This document shows positions 53,098-64,000 of a stretch of 64,000 nucleotides of DNA, one piece after another. Numbering within the stretch: the stretch's first letter is position 1; each line of letters starts with the position of its first letter. This DNA is from Lama glama (taxonomy: Eukaryota). The position numbers and the translations under genes are program-made. The notes beneath the pieces were generated by a model. It had not been told where the DNA came from, ran no database searches, and saw nothing but the letters and a program-made list of their open reading frames with translations. Location: the NCBI GenBank assembly GCA_028534125.1, contig CM052817.1, positions 8,496,001-8,560,000 of the forward strand, read 5' to 3'.

Positions 53098-54142
53098 GTG
53101 CTCCTCCATTTCCACCTACTCCAGGATCCCTGCACTAAGTTGTAGTTATTGAATACACGCCCCTTTCTGAGGCAAGGTATATTTTGTTCGCCACTATGAG
53201 CTTGAGCTCATACCCTCCTGTGGCAGGGAAAACTGCATGCAGGGAAAATTGATGGGATTGGGGCTCCCAAATTCAACTCCAAACCCTGCCTATCACCAGC
53301 TATCACAAATAATACAAGATCTTGAATATGTATCAGCACAGTCCTGGAAACAGATACTGGCAAAGGAAGATACCAGTCTTTGCAAGACATCGCCTTGGGA
53401 GAGGGTGAGTTAACTTAGCAACAGGTAGGAAATAGCTCAGGACAAAGGCATATGCCTTTCCTCAATCTGTATGCACCCACCCTTGTGTCTCAGCTTTTCT
53501 GGATCCTGAATTCATGATTTCCCAGGGGCTATGAGCCTTGATGGTGAGCTCCCGGAAAGGCCAGGCCTGTCTCTCACATGACCCTTAGCTGATTATAACC
53601 ATGTATTTAACTGTCTTTCCCACCCACTATAATAAGGAGTAATCATAGTTAAGTCACTTTGATATCTCGCAGCACTTAGGTCCTTAATTAATGTTTATCA
53701 TATTAAAATGATGAACAGAGGAAAACAGCGATGGACAGAGAACAGGTGCATGTCTGAGAAGAGGAGCATCTCTACATCTGTTACACCTTTTTTGGGCCTC
53801 TAGGCTTCTTGGGAAGCAGTTAGGGCGTGGAATGTGGAACGGCTGGTCCCCAGGAACACCCACTGCCATGCTCTCCTAAGTCCTCTTCTTGGTCGGAAGG
53901 CTTGTGTTTCTTGGCAATCCAAGGCTCAGCACAGTGGACCGATAGGAATTGTTCTGTTTCCACAAAGAGTGATATGTTGACAAGCACGGGTTAAATTTGT
54001 TTGTGAGGAACTTGCCAACTGTGTCATTATTGTCAAGATTTTGACATCTTATGAGGTTTAGTTTACTTTTTCACCTCTAATTCACTGAACAGAAGTAAGA
54101 ATGAAATAGAAGAACACAAATGTGGAGAACTGAATATACAAA

Positions 54143-54671
54143 TGAAGAACAAACCAATGGCCAGACCGGATAAAATTGCACTCAGATCCATAATCTGTAG
54201 CAACCAGCTCAGGAAACCAATCCCTTTATGCACTAACCAGCCCAGGAAGCCAGCCTGCTAGAAGTCAGATTTCCAGGAAATCAGACTGCTGCCTCTAAGT
54301 GAAAATCCAGGAAGCCAAACAATAACCTCTGTAACAAGCAACCCAACATGAGCAGGACTTGATTAATAACTGACAGCTTCCCTGATTTTTATTCCCACTT
54401 TCAAGTCAGGACCAAACAGAGAAAGCCAGATATGCACTCTGATCAATCACAGGGAAGGTCCCTCTTCTGGAATCCTACCTACGGTCCCCTGCGCCCACAG
54501 CCTCCAATCAGGGCGTATCCGAAGCCTTTCTTCTTTCTACTAGAAAGCTTTCCCACTCCTCTGTCTGCTTTTGAATCTCACCACAATACAAGTGATGGTG
54601 GATGACTACTCTCCTGTAACCAGCTCTGTATAAATAGACTTTTGTTTTCATTTGGATGACATTTATTTTCA
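54143..54671 (+). mobile_element. ERV1-type LTR (MER90/MER110-like)
   Basis: TG...CA termini, repeated ccaggaa(g/a)cca units, ccaatca box. Confidence 0.65.
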
Positions 54672-56719
54672 TAAAGTAAACACCTATAATAGTGATTGGC
54701 ACATAGTAGATACCCAAGTTATGAGACTTTCCATGTGTTTTTTTGACCCCTCTAATTTTATCTTCCTCACATACAAGACTGCACAACTTTATCTGTTTTC
54801 AAGCTTTTCCCCATCCTATTTTTTGAAAAGATCAGAGAGATTTTCTTTCTCTTCTAAGCTTTACCGAGAGGATGCTAGAGGCAGGCTACACTTGGAGCAA
54901 TTCTTCTTGGGATCTCTGACACTGACCAGAAAATTGGTTCAGAAGACTATCCTTGCCCATGGACTACGGCCATTGAAAATTACTAAGCTATTCTGGTTAG
55001 AATCTATTCTTCACTTGGCTTATAAGAGAATAGAATAAATTACTATTTGATAACATTTCTTCCTTGCAATGTTTATTGTCCCCGAAGTTTCTTCAGTCCT
55101 CTTTCAGCCCAGTCACTGGGAAAGAGATTTTACATTAAAGTTGTGAAGTATACTTTAAAAAAAGACAATGATGACTTTGCTTTTTTAAGGTTTATTTTTA
55201 TGCATGATGTAACATTTTCTTGGAAGTATAAGAAGTGTTTATTTGTGAAGTTTTCCTGGAATGGACAACTAATAGATTGCCTATTTGTTCTCTGAGTGTT
55301 AAAGAATTGCAGAATTTCTTGTTGCATTATCCTGAATATTGTTTTTCAAAGAAGAGTCTAAAAATGCAGTTGATCCCTTAGTGGTAATAATGAAACTCAC
55401 ATAGCTAATGAATGGAACGCCCACTTTGGATTGTTGCCTTAGAGCCTCCACCACAGGGTGGATATATCATCCTGTACCCCTGTCCTCTCCTCATTTCCTC
55501 TTTGTAAAAAAGTGCAGTGAATGGGGAACGTAGGAGTAATATAAATATTATATAATACAGATAATAATATATGCCTCCTCCAGGCAACTGTGCTCTGTTT
55601 ACAAAGTTGAGAGAAGACAGAAAATAAGAAGCTATTTATTTGACTTCATCAAATAAAGGATGGCTGGGGCTAAAGGCTTTGCATTTCATAGAACAAGTCT
55701 AATAAACCCCCACTAACTCCATGAGATCACACATGCGGTAAAATTGCGAGCAACAGAGATCCAGTAACTGACCATTTAGAGGCAAGTTTCTTGGCTTATA
55801 AAAATCAAAGGGGGCCCAGACTCAAGCAGGGCTCACGTGCTTACCTGGGAGTCAGTTCACTAAGAGCTTAATGATACCCATGCAGCCCCCGCAGTAGACA
55901 ATGATGTTGGCTCAGAGGATTCTGTTGTTTATGGTAGAAAATAGTCACTTTAGAGCACTGCACCTCATGGCACAAGAATATACGTTTTAGCTCTTCTAGT
56001 CCCAATTCTTATGTTTCAGACTGTTTTTTTTTTTAATCAGAAACTTGAACCTAGACCATCTCCATTCTACCTTGCTTTGCTGAGCCATCAAGTTTAATCA
56101 TGTCAGTTATTGATAATTTTTGCTACCTAGAAACATGTAATTTTGGGAAGAGGGCTCTCTCGGAAGCTGACTGGGCTAAAATAAGTGGGAGTTGGTGACA
56201 ATTGAACTATTTGACCAATGAGGATGACAAAACATAGGTAACTGAATGACGTCTGATGGCAAAGCTTATTTCACATTTAGCATTCAGATTTTTTTAGCTC
56301 TTCCACTTGTACAGACATAATTGAAATATGAAGCTTAAAAAAACAAGTAGGTGGAAATAAATTGGAATCTCCCCACAGTTCTGAATAAAAAATAAGTTGT
56401 TCAGGAAACTGAAATAATCTGTTAGCGTGCTTCTCTCTCTCCTGGCCTGAGAGCTATCCAAGGCCACAGATTTTGTCTCATTATCATTGTTTTCCCAATG
56501 ACCAATGATGTGACATGGAATATCCTATCAGGTTCTCATGAAATAGTTATCCACTGGTAATGAGCCCATCACCCAATGTATTGTATGATGGAAATGATTG
56601 GTTAAATGTACTATGACTGCAGTATTCTCATATATATGAACATATAAATATATATTCTGCATCTCACGTGTATATTTAATTATTAGTGTGACTTCCATAA
56701 ATGCTGAGTTTTGATTTCC

Positions 56720-56892
56720 TCAACAACTTTTTAAGTGTACAGTACAATATTGTTAACTAGTGGTACAATGTTGTACAGCAGATCTCTGGAACTTACTCAT
56801 CTTGCTTAACTGAAACTTCATGACTGTTGATTATAACTCCCCATTTCCATCCCTCTGCAGCCCCTGGCAACCATTCTGCTCTTTGGTTTTAT
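56720..56892 (-). mobile_element. L1MA-type 3' end fragment
   Basis: caatgttgtacagcagatctct.gaactta.tcatcttgc.taactgaaact...cccctggcaaccattct. Confidence 0.8.
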
Positions 56893-56894
56893 GA

Positions 56895-57850
56895 CGTGGC
56901 CCTCTCTGTCTGAGGGGAAACTTGTAATATGGAGGTTAGAAGGATAAATTGCAGGCCCTTTTGCTATGGGACCAGAGCTGGTATTTGTCCTCTCTTTTTT
57001 TTTTTTCTTTTCCACTATCCATTCTAAATCCTTCACCCTCAGTAATCACCTCTACTGGTCTTGGTGGGTTACTTGCATATGGCCCAAACCTTCATTCTTT
57101 AGGGGTCTCAGATCCTGATAACCATTCACCCCTTGGCCAAAATTGTTCCACTTGTCCAGTCACAGTCACCGTTTGGCAATAGAGTACTAAAAGGTGCCCT
57201 AGTGGATTACCCAAGATCAACAAGAGTTCCTCCTTGCTTGTATCATGTAGCAGAAGTCCCACCTCCTCCTGCTGATCAGGGTTGTTTACCTGTGACAAGA
57301 TGGTGATTCATGTTTGCTTGATGAGCCCTGGACACAAGAAACCCAGAATGCACAAGAGCCAGTGGCAGTTTGGAGTTCATTGTTATCCTTGTACCTTGGA
57401 GAAAAGGACTTCTAATGCTACAGAGCCCAGAGCTGGGGATCAAGGAAGTATGACTTCCTGCAGGGGGTCACCAGTGATGATGATACGTCAGACCATACGT
57501 GCTTCTACCTTTTGTTTTCTGTATTCATGTGTTCTTCCTACTGGGGACACATAGCCATATTAAAGGTCTCTGGTTCAACGCATGTACTGAAACACAGAGC
57601 ACGGCAGTCTGTCCTCACAGAATGTTGTCTCCAAGTTAGTGCATCAGCCATGCCTTTAGTACACTATTCAGACACTCTACCAGGCCATCAACAACTGGGT
57701 GATTCAACCAGCAGATAGCCTGGTCCTGGACCAACTCCCAAATCTCTTTCATCATAAAGAAGTAAAATATCCTGGTTGAACATTATGTTGTATGGGATTA
57801 TATGTCTATGACTCAGGCATTGCATATTTTCAGTAGTGCTGAAAAATAAT
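56895..57850 (-). mobile_element. ERVL/MaLR internal remnant (dUTPase-like/pol 3' region)
   Basis: NPDQQEEVGLLLHD..KEE....GNPLGHLLVL.C resembles ERVL IDPDYQ.EI.LLLHN..KEEY....GDPLG.LLVLPC. Confidence 0.65.
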
Positions 57851-59554
57851 GACAATCCAACATAATGAATCTACTTTCTCATTTTAATATGAGATACAAT
57901 TTATTGAATGCATGGCATGCTATAAGCCATGTTCTGGGAACAGAACATAATTGCTCATCCTCACAATGGAGATATTATAATGAAGATATTAAAGATAAGA
58001 ATATTAGGAATAGAAAGACAACTTTGAGCCATAAATCCTTCTCCTATTCATGGTTTGACTTTGGGCAAATTACTTAACAATTCTGAGCCTCAGTTTCCTT
58101 ATTTTCTTATCTTAGCTGGGGCTAAGAAATTAGAGACTTGGGCCCCCACTCCCATCTTTGACCCTCAATAGCCTTGTGATTTTGGGAAAAACCACCTTAA
58201 TCTTACAGCAGCAACACTGAGCTCATTAATTTCTAAGGTCCATTTCAGCTTCAGGATTTTATAAGTTCTTTGATAGGCGACTTTTAAAATCTTCCCCTTA
58301 GAATGAAAGATTCCATTATTAAAATCGTCTATTTGGTTTTTCAGAATCAGCTTCCTAATTTTCAACTGTGTCCAAACATGCCTGGTCCAAATGGATTCTG
58401 AAATACCAGTTTCCTAGCCAAAGACCAGGAAGCTTACTTTTTCATACCGGTTATAACATTCTCTTACATGCCAGGAAACAGACTGTTTAGGAATCTGATT
58501 TCAGTAGGACAAGGTCGAATTTTATAGTAACACCTGAGTTGGAATCATCAGCCAGGCGATGGACTTTCCCCTAAAATCAAAGAGACTCTAATTCAGACTA
58601 ATGGTGTTCCTGACGTATTCATCTCCATAGGCTTGCTCAATTCCCTGCAGATGTTTCTTGTTTCAGTTTACAGAAACATTGCTGGTGATTTATTTGCTGA
58701 AATGCACGATCACTCACTTGTTTTTCTGCTGATGAATGATTTATTACCATCCATTATGCATGGGAAGATGGAGATGTTTTACTTTTATTTTATTTTTTAT
58801 TTGCTGTTATCAGGTACACAGAAGACAAGTTAGGAAACAATCTCAGTGGTGATAGATGCGCGATTGTGTGTCTGGGTTTGTGCAAAGTCAAAGGGCCCAT
58901 TTTTCCCCACTCATGATGCTGTTGTTTCTTGGACCTCTTCCTGGGTCTTCTTGAAGGCACTAGACACAGAGGTTGAATACAGAGCTCATACGTCCTACTT
59001 CCTGGATTCATAATTGACACATTCACTTTTTAGTTGTGAATTCACAATAGCAAATATTTGCAGAGGATTCACTGAGTGTCTGCATTTAACCTGTATTAGC
59101 TCATTTAATGCACTTGCCAACTCTGTGTGGTAAGTCCTACTATCATTCTCAATTTATGGATGAGAAAACTGAGTCATAGCGTTTAAGTAATTATCCTAAC
59201 ATCACACAGCAAAAGAAAATGTTCAAAACCTGATTTTCTGACACCCAAATCCAGGTTCCTCACCATTGTTCGCAAATACCTAAAATATCGCGGGGGGAAA
59301 GCATCTTAGATTTATGAATACCAAGTGCTCCTCTTCATTTACCTTATTCTTCTTTTCTGACATGTATATACCCATCCTGATGGCCTCTCTAAATAATAGG
59401 TCTTCACTTCATGTGTGTTTGTGTGTAAAGCTTGTCAGCACACATGTGCAGCACACGTACACACACACAGATACACTACATCTGCCAATTGCTTTTACGA
59501 GTACACAGAGCACATCCTGCCTGTTCTTCGCTGTAAAAAGTAGATTTGAAACAC

Positions 59555-60148
59555 TGTGTATTTGTATTATATTCCCGATATCAAGTCACTAAACACTTAG
59601 CAGCTTAACACAGCATACATTTATTATTTCATGGTTTCTGTGGGTCAGGAGACTGGGAACAATTGAAGGTCCTCTTCCCATAGTCCTCAGCCTGCAGTCA
59701 AGATATCAGCCCAGTCTGTGTGTTTTCACCTGGAGACTTGACTAGGGAAGAATCTGCTTCTGATCTCATCAATTCTATTGATGGTAGAATTCATTTCCTT
59801 GAGGCTGTCTGACTGAAAACCTCAATTCTTACAGGCTGGAGGCTAGAGACTACTCTCCACTCTTAAAGGCTGCCCACAGTTCTCTGCCACATGTCCTTCT
59901 TCAGAGCCAGTTCACATCATGGCTATTTGCTTCTCCAAGGCCAGCAGGGGAATCTTTCTAAGTTCAGTCAGCTAAGTCAAGAGTCTTAGATAATGAAACT
60001 TAATCACAAGGGTGACATTCATCTTCTTTCCCATAATCCACCAGTTATAAGCAAGCCAGAGGCATTGATTAACCAAACTCAAGGGTAGCCAATATTCAAT
60101 GGTATGATTCATCAGGGGTCATCTTTGGGTATGTCTCCTGCACCCACT
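59555..60148 (-). mobile_element. MLT1E-like MaLR LTR
   Basis: cttagcagcttaa.aca..atacatttattat.tca.ggtttctgtgggtcagga...agaattcatttccttg.ggctg. Confidence 0.75.
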
Positions 60149-60269
60149 TCCTCTAAGCAGTCAGTCATTTCCCGACTGGCTATCCTACATGGAAATCCAA
60201 ATGATACTGAGTACTCATGGAATCCTAGAAATGGGAACGAGATAAGGATAACAGTCAATGTCTTCAAGC

Positions 60270-60824
60270 TGTTGCAGAAAAAGGTGTTACAGCTCAGTGT
60301 TACAGCTCAACTGTAACAGCAACCTGGATTCGGGCGAGAGACCATGCAGCGCTCGGAGAGTTGGAGAACTCTGGTTTATTACACTAGCTCGTCCAGAAGA
60401 GTTAACACTTTAAGCTCTGGACCCAGTCTGTTGGTTTACACAGGCCTTTTATAGGCTGCCAGTTTTACACTTTGCAACATCATATGCAAATCAGGTATAA
60501 CAGAAGTTGACAAACCAGGAACAAGGTTTGTAGAAATAGACTAATCAGGAGTGAGTTCCATGCAAATGAAGTACTACAAATGGACCGATCAGAAGTTAGG
60601 GAAGTGGACCAATCAGAAATGAGAGTAATAACCAATCAGGAGTGAAGGAAATAACCAGTCAGAAGTGAGCTCAGGGAACCAATAGAATTTTAGGTGTAAG
60701 TTAACCGCTTTAGAGGCAGAAAGTGAGATAGAGCCTCTGGGCCAGGGAACCGGACGGTGCTGGGAGGAGAGCAGCGGCCCTGCCTAGGGGTCCTGTCGGT
60801 CTTTTTATGGGGCTCCCTGCCTCA
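60270..60824 (-). mobile_element. Well-preserved solo LTR (ERV1-like)
   Basis: TG...CA termini and perfect 4-bp TSD aagc (60266-60269 / 60825-60828). The - strand has TATAAAA (60453-60447) then AATAAA (60380-60375). Several CpGs are retained. Confidence 0.88.
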
Positions 60825-63118
60825 AAGCCATAAAGTTTAAAGCATTCTTCTACACATGCCTGTCAAAGATGCCTTGTCTCCAAATGCACTCATTCAGATG
60901 TCCTTTCCTCTGAACACACAGGATAGGTGACTTATCGGTGTCAATTCTCCTTTTCCTCTCTCCATTTCTCATCTTGGTACTGAACATCCCTTCTCTGTTA
61001 GCTCATTTGTTAATTCAAAAACATAAATTTTCACTTGATGAAGTTGAAGTTTTCCAAGGGACTATAACTTTCTAGTCAAGTCTCTTAAAGTCTCCATCTG
61101 AGACTTCCTGAATCTCTCGGGGAAGCTGTCTGTCAAGATTGAGATACTTCTAGAGATGGCCTCATCCATTGCAGTTTCCAGAATTTAATCCTCAAAGAGT
61201 GACCTAAATATTTGGAAGGTGTTGTAACTCTTTTGCCTTGTGCAGAGTAACCATCTCTAATTGTCTGTGTGTTTCTGTGCCCAATGCACTTTGCAAATGG
61301 TTGCTGCTGTGCCTTGCTCACATTCGTGAAAAGGCAGACAAACAAAGGTACTCACTCTATGCTTCTCCCTCTTGGAGAGATTTAATTATTTTTGGCATTG
61401 GTTCTTTCACACTAAGCAACTTCCCTTACTTAATACTTAGGATTGTAACACTTACTGAATTATTCTGGGACCAGTCCATATTTGAAGCATACAGGGAAAA
61501 TTTCCTGCACTGTCTTCTTCTTAGTCAATGGCTTGTGTCAGAACAGAGGATGTAATTCCAGAGAATCTGAGGTTAGAACATCATTGTTTGTGAAGCATTT
61601 TTCGTTCATTCCTAAGTAATTGTTACGAGGAAAGACCTAAACAAAAGGACTGTGCAGGCTCTAGAAACTGGCTTGGTATCATTTTGGAAATTGAATTTAC
61701 AAATAGAATGCAGTCTAGAAAGGGACGTGCAGGCAAGGAATTCATACACCTACAATAAGAACATTGATTTGTTTAAGGTCATTTACTTGCAACACTCATT
61801 TTCCTGATATTTTCTCCTTCTGAGAGGTTTATAGTTGGCCCAAGGCAGGGCCCTGGCAACTCCTCAGCCTTGCTCTGCTGAGTGATATGCGAACAGCCTG
61901 ACCCAAGGCCCCCATGTAAAGGCTGGGTTCCTCCCCGCTTGACTGCACTTTCCTTGGGTTGAGGACTTGGCTTCCCTGAAGCTCAATCCTCCATCACTTG
62001 AATGAAATATTCATGTCCCCTCCTTGGTTTGAGTGTCATCATTCTTACGCTTGGAACTTCTTATTGTAACCTACTGACCACAATTCAATTAATGTTTCAC
62101 TGTTCTAGCCTTTGTCTCTGTATTAAGTGGGTATAATCCAGAAGCTGATATAATTTTCACAGAGCTTGAAACATCATCAAATAGTTATTATTCTCATTGA
62201 TAATTGTTTCATGAGTTAGCTCAAACAGAATACTTTCTTTTAAGCACTCGAGTTCAACTTTTGCTATTTAAAACAAAACAAAAAAGTTTGTATTTCTTAA
62301 TTGCCTTATTTATTCTCCACTGCTCCCTTGAACACTCCTCTGAATTGTAAAACCATCTTCTCTTCTAGAATTAGATTTTTTTCCTCTCAGGAATACTTAA
62401 AATAACCCCTTTTCATGGAACATCCATCAAGTTGTGTCCTCCCTAAAGGTTAAAATTGACTACATAATTCATTTCTGAGAAGTTCATTTTAGGTTCTCTT
62501 AGATTGGTCAACTCTGCCGTAATAGACTTAAAATGGATATAAACACCCTGTGCACTCACACCTACTCCCAATCCAGCTGGTTATTTCTTCCCTAAGGCCC
62601 TATGCTCTCTCTTAGCTTTGAACTCTAAACACTCTGCTCCCACATTTTAAACAAACTCATTCTGATCCATTCTACCTCCATCACTTGATTAACTACCTGC
62701 ATTGTTGGTCCCAGTTTACATTCTAATTCATCCAATCACTTCCCCTACTGGCCCTAGGAATGAGTCCAGTCTCCCTCCCACCCATCACGTGAGTTCCAGG
62801 AGCTGCTGTACTTAGTGAAATAGGAGAAATGATAGCCTTGACCTGTGATTTTCTGGCCTCTTGCCTTGTTTTCTCCAACCACCTATGAATACCTTGAGGC
62901 AGAGATTGTGGCTTATTCATTGTGCTACCTCCATGCTCTCAGTAGAGCTTTATTAAATAAGTGAAGGCATCCCTGTCATATAGATGAGGACATTGGGAAT
63001 CAGAAACTTTAAGTGAGCTTCTCATCTTCACACAGTTGTAAGAAGAATAAATCCATATTTAAGTCTCCAGAGTTAGACTTTAGACTGTAATGTGCTATTC
63101 ATAGTTTGATTATTTATT

Positions 63119-63445
63119 TGCTATGGACTAAATGTTTGTCTCCCTCAGATTCACTTTCTGAAACCTAATCCCCATTGTGATGGTATTTGGAGGTGGGACC
63201 TTTGGGAGGTGATTAGTGCTTTTGGAAATGAGGCCCCAGAGAGCTCTCTTGCCCTTTCTAGTATGTGAGTAACAGCAGGAAGGCAGCCTTCTATGAATCA
63301 GGAAGAAGTGCCATCTGTGAACCAAATCTGCCAGCACCTTGATCTTGAACTTTCAGCTTCCAGAACAGTGAGGAATCAATTTCTGTTTCTTATAAGCCAC
63401 CCAGTTTATGATATTCTGTAATAGCAGCCAGAATGAACTTAGAAA
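63119..63445 (+). mobile_element. MLT1A-like LTR
   Basis: tgctatggactaaatgtttgtctccc...; 5-bp TSD ttatt at 63114-63118 / 63446-63450. Confidence 0.88.
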
Positions 63446-63978
63446 TTATTGTTGCATAATAAGCCATCACAAAATTTAGTGGCTTATAATGATTGTTTAT
63501 TTTGCTTACAATTTTGTAGGTCAAGTTGTTGGGAAGGACTGGGCTCAGTAGCTCATCTCTGCCCCACATGGCACGAGCTGGGACAGTTAAGGCTGGAGAG
63601 TCCACTTCTAAAATGGTATCTCACTCTCATATCATATGCCTTGGTGCTCATTGGTGCCTCTCTTTTTCCCTGTGTCATCTCACCCCCCAGGGACTCTCCA
63701 TGTGTGTTGGGCTTATCAAAGTAAAATAGTATCTCTTCTATTGCAGCTGGCTCTCAAGAGGTAGTACCAGGCCAATTAAAGGCTGTGCTTAGATCTGGCA
63801 CAATGTCACTTCTGTTGTATTCTATTGATGAAAGCAGTCAAAGTCCTCATTCACATTTGAAGGGCTGGAGAAATAAACTCTACCTTTTGATTTTGGGAAG
63901 GCAAAGTTACCTTGCAGAATAACATGCTGGATGGGAATCAATGCAGTATCCAATTTGGAAAATAAAATCTGCTACAAA
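63446..63978 (-). mobile_element. Older MLT1 LTR (host of the MLT1A insertion)
   Basis: ttgcataa...caaaatttagtggctta...ctctgccccacatggc..agctggg...ctgctaca. Confidence 0.65.
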
Positions 63979-64000
63979 CCATCTAGGATCAGCTGAATGT

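Overview
Mammalian genomic DNA, AT-rich and CpG-poor, with no intact protein-coding gene that I can recognise. It is probably intergenic or part of a large intron. The L1 3' ends look cetartiodactyl, and I see no ruminant, pig or cetacean SINEs, so a camelid is my best guess (inference). Most of the window is transposable-element debris: L1 fragments of several ages (many with readable target-site duplications, TSDs), MIR, L2 and L3/CR1 relics, MaLR and ERVL LTRs and internal pieces, ERV1-type solo LTRs, DNA-transposon MITEs and microsatellites, plus a 100-N assembly gap. Main observations: (1) a ~420-bp L1-mediated insertion at 27.6-28.0 kb (TSD, AATAAA, poly-A) carrying an unspliced intron/exon piece of KLHDC1 in antisense orientation; (2) a possible ancient Ty3/Gypsy gag relic at ~35.2-35.7 kb; (3) an isolated open L1 ORF2 fragment with no tail or TSD; (4) a twin-primed 5'-inverted L1 with a nested insertion; (5) a well-preserved LTR promoter with tandem CCAAT and octamer sites; (6) several repeat-free, motif-rich candidate enhancers. 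Repeat subfamily names and protein similarities are from memory, not from a database search.
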